Origin: Candidatus Poribacteria bacterium
GTDB taxonomy: Bacteria > Poribacteria > WGA-4E > WGA-3G
DNA length: 64,000 nt
Direction of reading: 5' to 3'
Assembly: GCA_012270795.1 (NCBI GenBank)
Contig: JAAXHO010000059.1
Coordinates: forward strand, 3,375-67,374
Made by a program: the position numbers and the translations under genes. Under the pieces are notes generated by a model, which was not told the origin of the DNA, did not search any database, and worked only from the letters and a program-made list of their open reading frames with translations. This document shows positions 36,081 through 46,527 of this stretch, piece after piece; the stretch's first letter is position 1, and each line of letters opens with the position of its first letter.

Positions 36081-36350
36081 ATGTTCAAAGAACTTATAGA
36101 ATACATCGTAAAAGCACTTGTTGATTATCCAGATGATGTACTCGTCCGAGAAGTGACTGGCGAAAAAGTGGTTATCATTGAACTGAATGTCAGTGAAGCG
36201 GATTTAGGTAAAATTATCGGGCGATACGGACGAACCCTAAAAGCTATTAGAACACTGCTCTATACAGCAGGTTTGAAAGCAAACAAAAAGGTCATTCTTG
36301 AACTAATTGAGGAGCCGAGAACAGAAGAAGAAAATAGCGATCACCAATAG
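36081..36350 (+). CDS. KH-domain RNA-binding protein (YlqC/UPF0109)
   Basis: [12 protein letters not shown] motif, in the conserved position after rpsP. Confidence 0.8.
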   Translation: MFKELIEYIVKALVDYPDDVLVREVTGEKVVIIELNVSEADLGKIIGRYGRTLKAIRTLLYTAGLKANKKVILELIEEPRTEEENSDHQ

Positions 36351-36358
36351 ACATCAAA

Positions 36359-37081
36359 ATGAAAATGGATGTGCTCGCGCTGTTTCCAGAAATAATCACA
36401 CCCTCCCTACATACAGGAATCCTAAAACGAATCCAAGATGCAGGTGGACTCTCAATCAACCTTTACAACCTGCGAGATTGGGCAACAGATAAACATAAAT
36501 CTGTTGACGATTATCCCTATGGTGGTGGGGCTGGGATGATTCTGAAACCCGAACCGATCTTTGCAGCAGTTGCTGATTTAAATGTAGAATCTAATACGCA
36601 AATCGTGTATTTGACACCACAAGGAACACCGTTGACGCAACGACTCATTGAGGCATTGTCGTTAGAGGAGCATTTAATCCTAATTTGTGGGCGATATAAA
36701 GGCATTGATGAGCGCGTACGTACAAAAATCGTTACTACTGAAATCTCTATAGGTGATTATGTGCTAAGTGGAGGTGAAATCGCAGCTTTGGTGCTAATTG
36801 ATGCAATCGCCCGTGTGTTACCAGGAGCATTAGGTGATTTTGAATCTGCACATGAGGACTCTTTCAGTCAAGACTTACTTGACCACCCGCATTACACACG
36901 TCCCGCAGAATTTGAAGGCATGAAAGTTCCTGATGTACTCTTGAGTGGACATCACGAAAACATAAAAAAATGGCGAAATATACAAGCACTAAAACGGACT
37001 GCACGCTACCGTCCCGATCTACTACAAAAGCTTGAACTGACAGACGAGGAACGTGCTATCCTCAAAGCAGACGAAGAATAA
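36359..37081 (+). CDS. trmD: tRNA (guanine37-N1)-methyltransferase
   Basis: TrmD motifs ([28 protein letters not shown]). Confidence 0.95.
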   Translation: MKMDVLALFPEIITPSLHTGILKRIQDAGGLSINLYNLRDWATDKHKSVDDYPYGGGAGMILKPEPIFAAVADLNVESNTQIVYLTPQGTPLTQRLIEALSLEEHLILICGRYKGIDERVRTKIVTTEISIGDYVLSGGEIAALVLIDAIARVLPGALGDFESAHEDSFSQDLLDHPHYTRPAEFEGMKVPDVLLSGHHENIKKWRNIQALKRTARYRPDLLQKLELTDEERAILKADEE

Positions 37082-37164
37082 CTCAAATATTATCCATATT
37101 CTCTTATGTGCGAAATTTGAAATCGCGCTACATAGTAATAGATATTGTGGAAAGGAGGAAAACA

Positions 37165-37509
37165 ATGAACTTGATTGAATCTGTAGAAAGTCAATATAAG
37201 AAGGAAGATATTCCAGAGTTTGGTCCTGGAGATATTGTTAGAGTGAACACGCGTATCCGTGAGGGACAGAAGGAACGAATACAGGCTTATGAAGGCACCG
37301 TAATTCGACGAGCCCATGGCGGCACCCGTGCTTCCTTTACTGTCAGACGCGTTGCATTCGGAACCGGTAGTGAACGGACATTCCCACTACATTCACCAAA
37401 TATCGAAAGCATCAAAGTCGTAAGATATGGTGCCGTTAGACGGGCAAAATTATATTATTTGAGAAACCGTACTGGAAAATCTGCGCGTGTCAAAGAACGC
37501 CGAAGATAA
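37165..37509 (+). CDS. rplS: 50S ribosomal protein L19
   Basis: AGGAGG RBS 5 nt upstream of ATG 37165. L19 motifs are present. Confidence 0.9.
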   Translation: MNLIESVESQYKKEDIPEFGPGDIVRVNTRIREGQKERIQAYEGTVIRRAHGGTRASFTVRRVAFGTGSERTFPLHSPNIESIKVVRYGAVRRAKLYYLRNRTGKSARVKERRR

Positions 37510-37513
37510 CATA

Positions 37514-38104
37514 ATGTACGCTTATGAGCGCGCATGCATTGAAAAGGGATACACTCTAATTGCCGGAATTGATGAAGCAGGAAGAGGGGCATTAGCGGGC
37601 CCCGTCGTTGCTGCTGCTGTTATCCTGCCAATTAACTGCAAAATTGATGGACTCAAGGACTCAAAGAAATTAACACCGGGTCAACGTTCATCGCTTTTTG
37701 ATGAAATCTACCAAATTGCTATTTCAGTCGGTGTCGGTTCAGTGGATAATCGGCAAATAGAACGTGTGAATATCTTTCAAGCAACGTTATTGGCAATGGA
37801 GCAGGCAATTGAACAACTTATACCTAAGCCAGATTTTCTGCTTGTTGACGGTTCAAAAATGCCAAACGTTAATACACCAGGACAGGCAATCCCAAAAGGG
37901 GATAACCTGAGTCTGTCTATTGCTGCAGCATCAGTAATCGCAAAAACAACGCGTGACCGACTCATGATTGCGTTTGATGAGATATATCCAAATTATGGCT
38001 TTGAGCAACACAAAGGGTATCCAACAAAGCAACATCGGCAGGCAATCGCAAAGTTCGGTGTATCAGACATCCACAGGAACACCTTCAAATTACTTGCGGA
38101 TTAA
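37514..38104 (+). CDS. rnhB: ribonuclease HII
   Basis: GIDEAGRGALAGPVV catalytic motif. An alternative start at 37487 overlaps rplS. Confidence 0.85.
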   Translation: MYAYERACIEKGYTLIAGIDEAGRGALAGPVVAAAVILPINCKIDGLKDSKKLTPGQRSSLFDEIYQIAISVGVGSVDNRQIERVNIFQATLLAMEQAIEQLIPKPDFLLVDGSKMPNVNTPGQAIPKGDNLSLSIAAASVIAKTTRDRLMIAFDEIYPNYGFEQHKGYPTKQHRQAIAKFGVSDIHRNTFKLLAD

Positions 38105-38139
38105 CCTAAGCCAATGGTGTACAGATTTGAGGAATATCC

Positions 38140-38514
38140 ATGCAACGTTCATCACCAAACATTGCAAAAATCGGAGAAAACATCGCTGCTAAACATCTAA
38201 AAGCACACGGATATCAAATACTTGCACAAAATTACCGTTTCCAACGTGGAGAAATTGACCTTATTGCCCTGCAAGGAAAAAGAATCGTATTTGTTGAAGT
38301 AAAGACACGACGAAGTTTAAAGTTCGGTTTACCGCAATACGCGGTTACGCAACAAAAACAGAAACAGATCTCAAAGATTGCATTAGCATATTTACAAGCA
38401 GAAAACATGCTTGATGTGCCTTGTCGTTTTGATGTGATCGCAATTCATCTGTCACCCCAGTTTGAAGTCTTACGACTTGAACAGATTGAAAATGCTTTTG
38501 ATTTTCTACGGTGA
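38140..38514 (+). CDS. YraN-family (UPF0102) endonuclease
   Basis: 124 aa with conserved GEIDLIA and EVKTR motifs. Confidence 0.8.
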   Translation: MQRSSPNIAKIGENIAAKHLKAHGYQILAQNYRFQRGEIDLIALQGKRIVFVEVKTRRSLKFGLPQYAVTQQKQKQISKIALAYLQAENMLDVPCRFDVIAIHLSPQFEVLRLEQIENAFDFLR

Positions 38515-38542
38515 TACAGATTCCTTTTAAGGTGATGATTTC

Positions 38543-39223
38543 ATGCAAGCGATTATTCTTTGTGGAGGACTTTCAACCAGACTCGGTAAGACAACTGAAA
38601 AACTTCCGAAAATCCTACTAAAAATCGGTGATTACACAGTATTGGAATGGCAGCTGAAACTGCTTTCTACTGCAGGGGTTAATGAAGTCATTCTCGCGTC
38701 AGGGCATCTGCATGACGTTTTGTACGCTCATGTTGGTGAGACTTTGGCAGGTATAAAAATCCGATATGCAAAGGAGGATAAACCCCTCGGCACTGGCGGT
38801 GCAATAAAAAACGCATTTCGTTTTGTCCGAGATTTTCCTGTCTTTGTCTTACACGGTGATATATTGCTAAAGGATATGTCGTTAGATGGAATGTTATCCG
38901 GTTTGCGCCCAGAAATGGATGGAGTGTTACTCGGTATCTCGGTTGAGGATTTGACATCTTATGGAGAAATTGTCGTTGATACACAAGGACGTATCATTGA
39001 ATTCAGGGAAAAACAACAGTCGGCTCGGGGAGGTTGTGCAAATGGGGCAGTTTTTCTTTTTAATCGCTCAATAATTGACGCATTTCCTAATACGGAAGTC
39101 TTTTCTATTGAACGCGATGTCTTCCCCAACCTAACCAATCTCTATGTCCACAAAGTCAAAACAGATTGGATAGACATCGGTGTTCCAGAACGACTTGATT
39201 ATGCACGCAAACACTTTGCTTAA
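38543..39223 (+). CDS. sugar-phosphate nucleotidyltransferase
   Basis: NTP_transferase N-terminal motif AIILCGGLSTRLG. Confidence 0.75.
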   Translation: MQAIILCGGLSTRLGKTTEKLPKILLKIGDYTVLEWQLKLLSTAGVNEVILASGHLHDVLYAHVGETLAGIKIRYAKEDKPLGTGGAIKNAFRFVRDFPVFVLHGDILLKDMSLDGMLSGLRPEMDGVLLGISVEDLTSYGEIVVDTQGRIIEFREKQQSARGGCANGAVFLFNRSIIDAFPNTEVFSIERDVFPNLTNLYVHKVKTDWIDIGVPERLDYARKHFA

Positions 39224-39236
39224 TGAGGAGTTCCTT

Positions 39237-40064
39237 ATGCCTGTATTTACTAAAGAAGACTTAGAATTTTGGGATGAACACGGTTATGTGATTGTCCCTG
39301 AAGCAGTTCCTATTGAAAATTGCCGTGCCGCAGAAAAAGCTGTATGGGACTTTCTTGAAATGGACAGTGAGAACCCAGAAAGTTGGTACCCTACGGACCC
39401 ACCACGCCGTGGCATTATGGTGGAGATTTATCAACACCAAGCCTTATGGGATAACAGACAGTATCCACGCTTACATCAAGCCTTTTCTGAAATCTGGGGT
39501 ACCGAGAAACTATGGGTCAGTTTTGATCGCGCCAGCATGAACCCGCCAGAACGGGATGATTGGAAGTTCCCTGGACCTCATTTACATTGGGATATGTCGT
39601 TAGAGATGCCTGTACGGTTGAAAGTACAGGGTGTACTGTATCTTGCGGATACTCCCGGCAATCAGGGGGCTTTTACATGTATCCCCGGTTTTCATAAAAA
39701 GTTGGAGGAGTGGTTAAAGGATCTTCCATCTGATAAGGATCCGCGGCGGGTGATACGTGAAGAACATCAGTCTGAAGGTGTACCAATTCCTGGAAAGGCA
39801 GGAGATTTGATCATCTGGCATAGTGCATTACCACACGGCAGCAGTCCGAATTCTGCTGAACGTCCACGCCTTGCCCAATATATTACTATGAATCCTGCTC
39901 CTAATGATGGGAAAAATACCAATGAACATAGAGTTACAGGCTGGCGTGAACGACTTACCGGTCTTGGCAAAAACCAGAAAGAAAAGGAACATCACCAAGG
40001 CAAAACCGCTGAGTTAACTCCTTTAGGGAAGAAACTGCTTGGGCTTGAACCCTGGGTAGCATAA
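39237..40064 (+). CDS. phytanoyl-CoA dioxygenase (PhyH) family Fe(II)/2OG oxygenase
   Basis: HxD...H facial triad context (HWDM; IWHSALPHGSSPN). Start at the Met just after an AGGAG RBS. Confidence 0.7.
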   Translation: MPVFTKEDLEFWDEHGYVIVPEAVPIENCRAAEKAVWDFLEMDSENPESWYPTDPPRRGIMVEIYQHQALWDNRQYPRLHQAFSEIWGTEKLWVSFDRASMNPPERDDWKFPGPHLHWDMSLEMPVRLKVQGVLYLADTPGNQGAFTCIPGFHKKLEEWLKDLPSDKDPRRVIREEHQSEGVPIPGKAGDLIIWHSALPHGSSPNSAERPRLAQYITMNPAPNDGKNTNEHRVTGWRERLTGLGKNQKEKEHHQGKTAELTPLGKKLLGLEPWVA

Positions 40065-40118
40065 TTCCTAATACTGCACTTTGGCGGGTTCACTACCCGC
40101 CTATTTTTTTAGTATGTT

Positions 40119-40278
40119 ATACCAATTCTAAAAAATATTGTCTCATTAAGGAATTCCACTGTTATTGCTGGTTGGGATACCTCTCTTCGGTAGGAGCGAC
40201 CTCCCGGTCGCGACCGGGAGGTCGCTCCTACCAGATCTCCGCAGCTAATGAGAAATTATATATTAGAAATGGTATTAT
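40119..40278. mobile_element. MITE-like element, family A copy (intact 44 bp palindrome core at 40189-40232)
   Basis: Terminal ATACCAATTCTAAAAAATATTG / TTAGAAATGGTATTAT. Its core is identical to the 26756-26799 copy. Confidence 0.8.
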
Positions 40279-40305
40279 CACTAACCTTGTATCAGGTATA
40301 AACAC

Positions 40306-41592
40306 ATGGAAGACCTGTTAGCAGCTCGTTCTCAGATGGCGATGTCACTCGCTTTTCATATTATCTTCGCATCCGTTGGCATAGCCATGCCCCTACTGAT
40401 GGTAATTGCAGAAGGACTATGGCTAAAAACAAAGGATGATACATATCTTACTCTTGCCAAACGTTGGTCTAAAGACACAGCGATCATGTTTGCTGTCGGT
40501 GCTGTCTCTGGGACTGTCTTATCTTTTGAACTTGGGTTGCTGTGGCCCGGTTTCATGGCTTACGCCGGTCCAATCATCGGAATGCCGTTTTCATTAGAAG
40601 GATTAGCATTTTTCATAGAAGCAATCTTCCTCGGTATATACCTTTATGGATGGGAACGTGTACCAAAGAAGGTTCATTTGCTCTCTGGAGTCATGGTACT
40701 CCTTGGTGGGATGATGTCGGGTATCTTTGTCGTGACTGCAAATGCATGGATGAACACACCCACAGGATTTTCAATCGTTGATGGTCAAGTTACAAACATT
40801 GACCCTATCGCTGCAATGCTAAACCCATCTTCCTTTAGTCAAGCACTACACATGACCCTCGCTGCTTTCATCGCTGTAGGATTTGGGGCTGCGGGGATAC
40901 ATGCATACTGTCTCAGACGTGACCCAAATAATACTTTACATCGTAAAGCCTTTGCAATTGCACTGAGTGTGGGAGGTGTTTTTGCACTATTACAACCGAT
41001 TTCTGGTGACATCAGCGCAAAACGCGTCGCAGAATGGCAACCGATCAAACTCGCTGCCATGGAAGGACAATGGGAAACAGAAAAAGGTGCCCCATTGCGA
41101 ATTGGCGGCATACCGGACGAAGATGCTGAAGTAACACGATACGCCTTAGAAATACCGAAAGCTCTCAGTTTTCTTGCTAAATTCGATTTCAATGCTGAGA
41201 TACAAGGGCTCAAAGAGGTAAAACCAGAGGATCGCCCCCCAGTCACAATCGTTCATATCGCTTTTCAGATTATGGTCGCGTGTGGTATAGTCATGATTGT
41301 TGCTGCTATTATTGGCGGATGGTTGGCATGGAAAAAGAAAGGTATACCTACGAATAGATGGTATCTCAAGTTAATTACATGCTGCACCCCCCTTGGATTT
41401 ATCGCAATAGAAGCAGGGTGGACGGTAACAGAAGTTGGAAGACAACCGTGGGTTATCTACGGCTTTATGCGTACATCAGAGGCAGTGACACCCATGCCCC
41501 ATCTTGTTATTCCGTTTATCGGCTTTACCGTGCTATATATATTCCTTTCAATTATTGTTGTTATCTTGATGCGACGTCAAATATTCCAGTGA
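40306..41592 (+). CDS. cydA: cytochrome bd-type quinol oxidase subunit I (CydA-like), with no cydB detected downstream
   Basis: N-terminal CydA motifs (SLAFHIIFASVGIAMPLL, WxxxxGEQPW-like GRQPWVIYG). Followed by 1 kb of repeats. Confidence 0.8.
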   Translation: MEDLLAARSQMAMSLAFHIIFASVGIAMPLLMVIAEGLWLKTKDDTYLTLAKRWSKDTAIMFAVGAVSGTVLSFELGLLWPGFMAYAGPIIGMPFSLEGLAFFIEAIFLGIYLYGWERVPKKVHLLSGVMVLLGGMMSGIFVVTANAWMNTPTGFSIVDGQVTNIDPIAAMLNPSSFSQALHMTLAAFIAVGFGAAGIHAYCLRRDPNNTLHRKAFAIALSVGGVFALLQPISGDISAKRVAEWQPIKLAAMEGQWETEKGAPLRIGGIPDEDAEVTRYALEIPKALSFLAKFDFNAEIQGLKEVKPEDRPPVTIVHIAFQIMVACGIVMIVAAIIGGWLAWKKKGIPTNRWYLKLITCCTPLGFIAIEAGWTVTEVGRQPWVIYGFMRTSEAVTPMPHLVIPFIGFTVLYIFLSIIVVILMRRQIFQ

Positions 41593-41794
41593 ATCAATCA
41601 GTGGCATTCCCCGGGCGTAAAATTAGGGGAAATAACATAAATTTTGGATGTATTTCAGCACCAGCGGTGCGACAGGTATATTACAACACACCTGTTATAT
41701 ACCTGTCACCCCGCTGGGGTTCAGGTCAATGTTGGACAATGTTTCTATACACATTCCGCCCCTCTGGGGCTATTGCTGTGTCAACACCTAACTT

Positions 41795-42060
41795 GTAGGT
41801 CGGGTAGAGCGCAGCGAAACCCATAAATCAACGGTATGAATGCTCTATAGCATTCCCCGGGTGTCAATTTAGTGATTACCCAACCCCATTTTCCTATTGT
41901 TGGAGGGGTTTCTAACCCCGATAGCAGAGAGCCACGGTATAAAATCGGGGTTAGAAACCCCTCCAACAATAACGAATATTCTTAAATTGACACTTATGGG
42001 TAGAGCGCAGCGAAACCCGACATTTTGTAGGGGCGACCTCGGGTCGTTCCTACAGAAGAA
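41795..42060. repeat. cluster of nested repeat fragments: family D palindrome (GTAGGTCGGGTAGAGCGCAGCGAAACCC) twice, a family C fragment, and a family B hairpin at 41897-41969
   Basis: Family B arms at 41897-41922 and 41944-41969. D motifs at about 41795-41826 and 41998-42025. Confidence 0.75.
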
Positions 42061-42072
42061 ACCCTAAACGAA

Positions 42073-42282
42073 TTACCGACCATCTTTGAGTGTTCCCCAG
42101 GTTGTTATACGTTTGCTGGTCGGAGTGATAACACCACGTAACCGATACGTAGTAAGGATGCCGCGCGTGCCTGAGAGGTCTATGTCCTCAAGTCTGTAAA
42201 AATACGCGACATCGGGTTTAGCGGTTTTGTCAATGAATTGATATGTGTTTCGTTCACCCGTAGTACCAGCACCTTGGATCAA
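42073..42282 (-). pseudogene. C-terminal remnant of a T9SS C-terminal sorting-domain (CTD) protein
   Basis: The C-terminal peptide ...DVAYFYRLEDIDLSGTRGILTTYRLRG resembles the T9SS C-terminal sorting-domain signature. The ORF is cut off upstream by a family B hairpin. Confidence 0.3.
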
Positions 42283-42308
42283 CTTGGTATTGATGCTTTG
42301 GAAGTTCT

Positions 42309-42438
42309 TTGTTGGAGGGGTTTCTAACCCCGATTTCTGCTGCTGTATATCTCAAATCGGGGTTGGAAACCCCTCCAACAAAGAATCGGGGTTAGAAACC
42401 CTCCAACAATGATGCTTTGAGACAATTGAATGCCTCTG
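42309..42438. mobile_element. family B MITE-like element with one forward and two reverse-complement copies of the 26 bp arm, plus the outer inverted repeat ACAATTGAATGCCTCTG
   Basis: Arms at 42309-42334, 42356-42381 and a degenerate copy at 42385-42409. The loop TTCTGCTGCTGTATATCTCAA is nearly identical to the loop at 4813-4833. Confidence 0.85.
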
Positions 42439-42612
42439 TTAAATTATGGTTGTGTAAAGTTTGGGTTTCTTGTCTGAACCAGGATTACCAGATTTTCAAA
42501 TCAACGGTATGAATGCCTTAGCTTTACACACCCGATTTGGTGTTTAATTTGCAATTGGGCAAAAGTTATAGTATAATATAAGCACGGTTTAGTTTATGAA
42601 AGGTTTTATTAT

Positions 42613-42688
<76 letters not shown>

Positions 42689-42695
42689 TTCGGAT

Positions 42696-42769
<74 letters not shown>

Positions 42770-42779
42770 TATTGCTGTT

Positions 42780-42852
42780 GGTGGATGTAGCTCAGGGGTA
42801 GAGTGCCTGACTGTGGATCAGGAGGTCGTGGGTTCAAATCCCATCATCCACC
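42780..42852 (+). tRNA. tRNA-His (anticodon GTG) with G-1
   Basis: Manual fold: extra 5' G pairing with discriminator C, anticodon loop CTGTGGA. Confidence 0.8.
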
Positions 42853-42862
42853 TTTTTAGGAT

Positions 42863-42935
42863 GCGTCCGTAGTTCAATGGATAGAGCAATAGCCTTCGGA
42901 GCTATAAGTTGGGGGTTCGAATCCCTCCGGACGCT
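42863..42935 (+). tRNA. tRNA-Arg (anticodon TCG)
   Basis: Manual fold: acceptor GCGTCCG/CGGACGC, anticodon arm ATAGC-CTTCGGA-GCTAT. Confidence 0.7.
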
Positions 42936-42936
42936 T

Positions 42937-43009
42937 GCGCTGTTAGCTCAATTGGCAGAGCATCTGACTCTTAATCAGAGGGTTGAAGGTTCGATTCCTT
43001 CACGGCGCA
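42937..43009 (+). tRNA. tRNA-Lys (anticodon CTT)
   Basis: Manual fold: acceptor GCGCTGT/ACGGCGC, anticodon loop CTCTTAA. Confidence 0.8.
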
Positions 43010-43079
43010 TCGGTTCTTATGTTACAGAACGGATGCGGAATTTGCCTTCTTTTTATACGGCATCTGTGTTGAGGAACAG

Positions 43080-43165
43080 GGGCGGGTGCTGGAATTTGGT
43101 AGACAGGATAGACTTAGGATCTATTGGGGTTATGCCTCGTGAGGGTTCAAGTCCCTCCTCGCCCA
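43080..43165 (+). tRNA. tRNA-Leu (anticodon TAG), type II with long variable arm
   Basis: Manual fold: acceptor GGGCGGG/CTCGCCC with one G-U pair, anticodon loop CTTAGGA, 16 nt variable arm, T-loop TTCAAGT. Confidence 0.7.
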
Positions 43166-43199
43166 TTTACATTTTGAGTTGATATAGGGAGATTCTAAC

Positions 43200-44507
43200 T
43201 TGAGAGTTGAAGTTGAAACACTTGATAGTACACAGGTCAGATTAGAGATTGAAATTCCCGCTGAAGATGTTGACAATGCCATACGAGAAGCGATTGAGGG
43301 CTTGCGTGGTTATGTGTCTTTTCCGGGGTTCAGGAAAGGCAAAGTGCCTTTAGCAATTCTGAAGTCTCGTTTCCCAGAACATATTAATAGTGAAGTTGTA
43401 AGACAGTTGGTCGTCCCAGCTTATGAAGATGCGGTATATGAGAAACAACTTATTCCCCTTGCCCAACCAGATTTTGACCCACCTCTGGAGCAGCTGAAAG
43501 CTGTAGAAAACGAACCGCTTGTTTTCGCTGTTCATGTCAATATAAAACCGGAAATATCACTTCCGGATTTTGATGAAATAGAAATTGATAAGACTGCAGT
43601 CAATGTGCCGCGTGAGGATGTAGAAGCACACATTAAACGTTTGCAGTTACAATCTGCGACTTTTGAACCGATTGAAGAGGATCGTCCGGTAGAAGTTTCT
43701 GATTGTGTGCGGTTAGATTGGGAATGTTCATTAGATGGTCGAGTCCTTGAAACTGAATCTGTTCAGGACATTGATGTTGATCTGACAACCACCGAATTAC
43801 ATGCTGACCTTAAAGATGGATTGATAGGCATAAAAATTGGTGAAACAAAAGAGATTTCAGTCGGTTTTGAAGAATCATATTCCGTAGCGGCTCTTGCGGG
43901 AAAACAGGTGATATATGAAGTTTCATTACATGCGATCACTCGAAAGTACTTACCTGAGTTGGATGATGAGTTTGCCAAGGACCTCGGGTATGAAACATAT
44001 AATCAAATGCATGGTGTAATATGGAACACTTTGGTTGAAAATGAGCGGTTTGCGCAGATTGAAAAGCAGAAAACTGAAATACTTGAGCAGCTAATTGATA
44101 GGATAGAAATATCCATACCGGATGAATTAGTTGACCAATATGTGCAACAAACATTAGAGAAAGTGCAAAAACAGTTAAGTTCACAACAACAGACTCCTGA
44201 GGAAGCTGGAATAAATCTTGAAACATTGCCTATAGAATTACGTGCAGATGTTATTAAACAGACGAAACAGAATTGGATTTTTGATGAAATAGCCGTTCAG
44301 GAAGGCATTGGCGTAAGCGATGATGAATTGGAGTTAGCGATACGGCGTGCGGCCGAACAATCGAATCGGGATACCTTTAAATATGCTGATTTGCTCAAAG
44401 CAAGCAACCAATTAGAGGATTTCAGATTGCAGCTGCAGCATGAAAAGATATACCAGTTTTTGATTGAGGAAGTTGCAGAAAAACAATCATTGATAATTAC
44501 TGGATAG
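43200..44507 (+). CDS. tig: trigger factor
   Basis: TTG start. Ribosome-binding N-domain motif GFRKGKVP, then PPIase and C-terminal domains. Confidence 0.9.
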   Translation: MRVEVETLDSTQVRLEIEIPAEDVDNAIREAIEGLRGYVSFPGFRKGKVPLAILKSRFPEHINSEVVRQLVVPAYEDAVYEKQLIPLAQPDFDPPLEQLKAVENEPLVFAVHVNIKPEISLPDFDEIEIDKTAVNVPREDVEAHIKRLQLQSATFEPIEEDRPVEVSDCVRLDWECSLDGRVLETESVQDIDVDLTTTELHADLKDGLIGIKIGETKEISVGFEESYSVAALAGKQVIYEVSLHAITRKYLPELDDEFAKDLGYETYNQMHGVIWNTLVENERFAQIEKQKTEILEQLIDRIEISIPDELVDQYVQQTLEKVQKQLSSQQQTPEEAGINLETLPIELRADVIKQTKQNWIFDEIAVQEGIGVSDDELELAIRRAAEQSNRDTFKYADLLKASNQLEDFRLQLQHEKIYQFLIEEVAEKQSLIITG

Positions 44508-44599
44508 CCAAAACTAACACGGTCATTACTAATTTAATCATTTTACTTTTATCATTTTAAATTTCCCATTAACACAAACCACTTAACAACGGACACCGA

Positions 44600-45196
44600 A
44601 TGAATCTTGTACCCTTTGTTGTTGAACAAACGAATCGAGGCGAGCGGTCTTATGACATCTATTCTCGGTTGCTTGAAGATCGAATTATCATGATCGGTTC
44701 ACCGATTGAAGATGATACTGTAGCGAATTTGGTTACTGCCCAGATGCTGTTTCTTGAAGGGAAAGACCCTGATGCCGATATCATCCTATATTTGAATACA
44801 CCTGGTGGATCGGTTTCAGCGGGTTTAGCGATTTACGATACGATGCAGTATATTAGGGCGGATGTGCAGACGTGGTGTTTAGGGAGAGCCTATAGTATGG
44901 GTGCGGTCTTGTTGGCAGCAGGTACACCGGGTAAGAGATATGCGTTACCTCATGCAAAGGCGTTGATACATCAACCTATGGCAGGGGGGATCGGTGGACA
45001 AGCAGCGGACATTAGTATCCATGCAAACGAGATCTTGCGTGAAAGGGAACGTTTGTATACGATTTTATCGCAACATACTGGACAAAGTTTAGAAAAGATA
45101 GAAACAGATGCCGACAGAGACTTTTATATGACAGCTCAGGAGGCACTTGAGTACGGTATTGTTGATACTGTTGTTACGCATCGTCAAGAAAAATAG
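44600..45196 (+). CDS. clpP: ATP-dependent Clp protease proteolytic subunit
   Basis: Ser-His-Asp catalytic context ([14 protein letters not shown]). Confidence 0.95.
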   Translation: MNLVPFVVEQTNRGERSYDIYSRLLEDRIIMIGSPIEDDTVANLVTAQMLFLEGKDPDADIILYLNTPGGSVSAGLAIYDTMQYIRADVQTWCLGRAYSMGAVLLAAGTPGKRYALPHAKALIHQPMAGGIGGQAADISIHANEILRERERLYTILSQHTGQSLEKIETDADRDFYMTAQEALEYGIVDTVVTHRQEK

Positions 45197-45214
45197 CTGA
45201 ATTTTGGAAAGAAG

Positions 45215-46516
45215 TTGGAGGAAAGAATGTCAGAATCAATTGAAGGTAGAATGTTTTGTTCTTTCTGTAATAGAGAGCGCAGCCAAGTAGGTGAACTACT
45301 TCAGGGTAACGATGCGATGATTTGCAATATATGTGTGGATCAATGCAATAGGTTGCTTTCAAAAGGAAATCCGTCTTTAGATTTACCAGAATCACCACCT
45401 GAAGTTGAAGAACAGCAGGAGGAAGAACTTGAACCACCTGTGTTACTCCTTGAACCATCGGAAATTAAGGCAAAACTTGATGAATATGTGATCGGACAAG
45501 AACATGCGAAAAAAATCCTTTCAGTCGCTGTTTACACACACTATAAACGCTTGCAACATGAAAACATTGACGAAATTGAATTAGATAAAAGCAACATTCT
45601 ACTGATTGGTCCGACAGGTACAGGAAAAACACTGCTTGCAGAAACACTTGCTAAAGTGTTGAACGTTCCTTTTGCTATAGCAGATGCGACGACAGTAACG
45701 GAAGCGGGTTATGTTGGTGAAGACGTAGAAAACATTATCCTTAAACTTGTTCAAGCAGCGGATGGTAACATTAAACGTGCACAAACTGGCATAATCTATA
45801 TAGATGAGATTGACAAGATCACGCGTAAATCTGAAAATCCATCTATTACACGCGATGTCTCTGGTGAAGGTGTTCAGCAGGCATTGTTGAAGATTTTGGA
45901 GGGAACGCTTGCCAATGTGCCACCGCGAGGTGGCAGAAAACACCCCCATCAAGAAATGCTTCAAGTGGATACTAAAGATGTTTTATTCATCTGCGGTGGT
46001 ACCTTTATCGGTTTAGAAAACCTTGTGAAGAATCGGATGGGTAGACAGAGTATCGGTTTTGGGTCAGAAATTAAAACTAAGAACAATAAGAAGGTCCACG
46101 AAATTTTGGAGCATGTAACTGCTAAGGACTTAACAAGGTATGGATTTATTCCTGAACTCATCGGCAGATTACCCGTTGTAGCTAATTTGCATGAATTGGA
46201 TGAATCTGCGCTTGTTAGGATTCTTACAGAACCGAAGAATGCGCTTGTTAAACAGTATCGGCAACTTTTAGCGTATGAAGGTGTGCAATTTGATGTAACA
46301 GATAGTGCCCTTTCTGCTATTGCGCATCAAGTCATTGAACGCGAAACAGGTGCACGTGGATTACGAGCAGTTATGGAAAGAATAATGTTGGAAACCATGT
46401 ATAAGATTCCATCACTTACCGAAGTGCAAACGTGTCAGATCACTGAGGATGCTGTCTTAGGAAAAAGTCCACCGGAACTGATAAACAAGACATCTGAAGT
46501 CCTCAAAACTGCGTAA
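45215..46516 (+). CDS. clpX: ATP-dependent Clp protease ATP-binding subunit ClpX
   Basis: N-terminal C4 zinc finger (CSFCN...CNIC), Walker A GPTGTGKT, and IGF-like loop. Confidence 0.95.
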   Translation: MEERMSESIEGRMFCSFCNRERSQVGELLQGNDAMICNICVDQCNRLLSKGNPSLDLPESPPEVEEQQEEELEPPVLLLEPSEIKAKLDEYVIGQEHAKKILSVAVYTHYKRLQHENIDEIELDKSNILLIGPTGTGKTLLAETLAKVLNVPFAIADATTVTEAGYVGEDVENIILKLVQAADGNIKRAQTGIIYIDEIDKITRKSENPSITRDVSGEGVQQALLKILEGTLANVPPRGGRKHPHQEMLQVDTKDVLFICGGTFIGLENLVKNRMGRQSIGFGSEIKTKNNKKVHEILEHVTAKDLTRYGFIPELIGRLPVVANLHELDESALVRILTEPKNALVKQYRQLLAYEGVQFDVTDSALSAIAHQVIERETGARGLRAVMERIMLETMYKIPSLTEVQTCQITEDAVLGKSPPELINKTSEVLKTA

Positions 46517-46527
46517 AGGAGCAAACC

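Noticed and set aside
36018-36358. Missing rimM between the KH-domain gene and trmD
   Set aside because: An absence, not a feature. rimM is often encoded elsewhere. Noted only as context.
42877-43182. 101 aa ORF
   Set aside because: Spans three tRNA genes. Translation of structured RNA genes.
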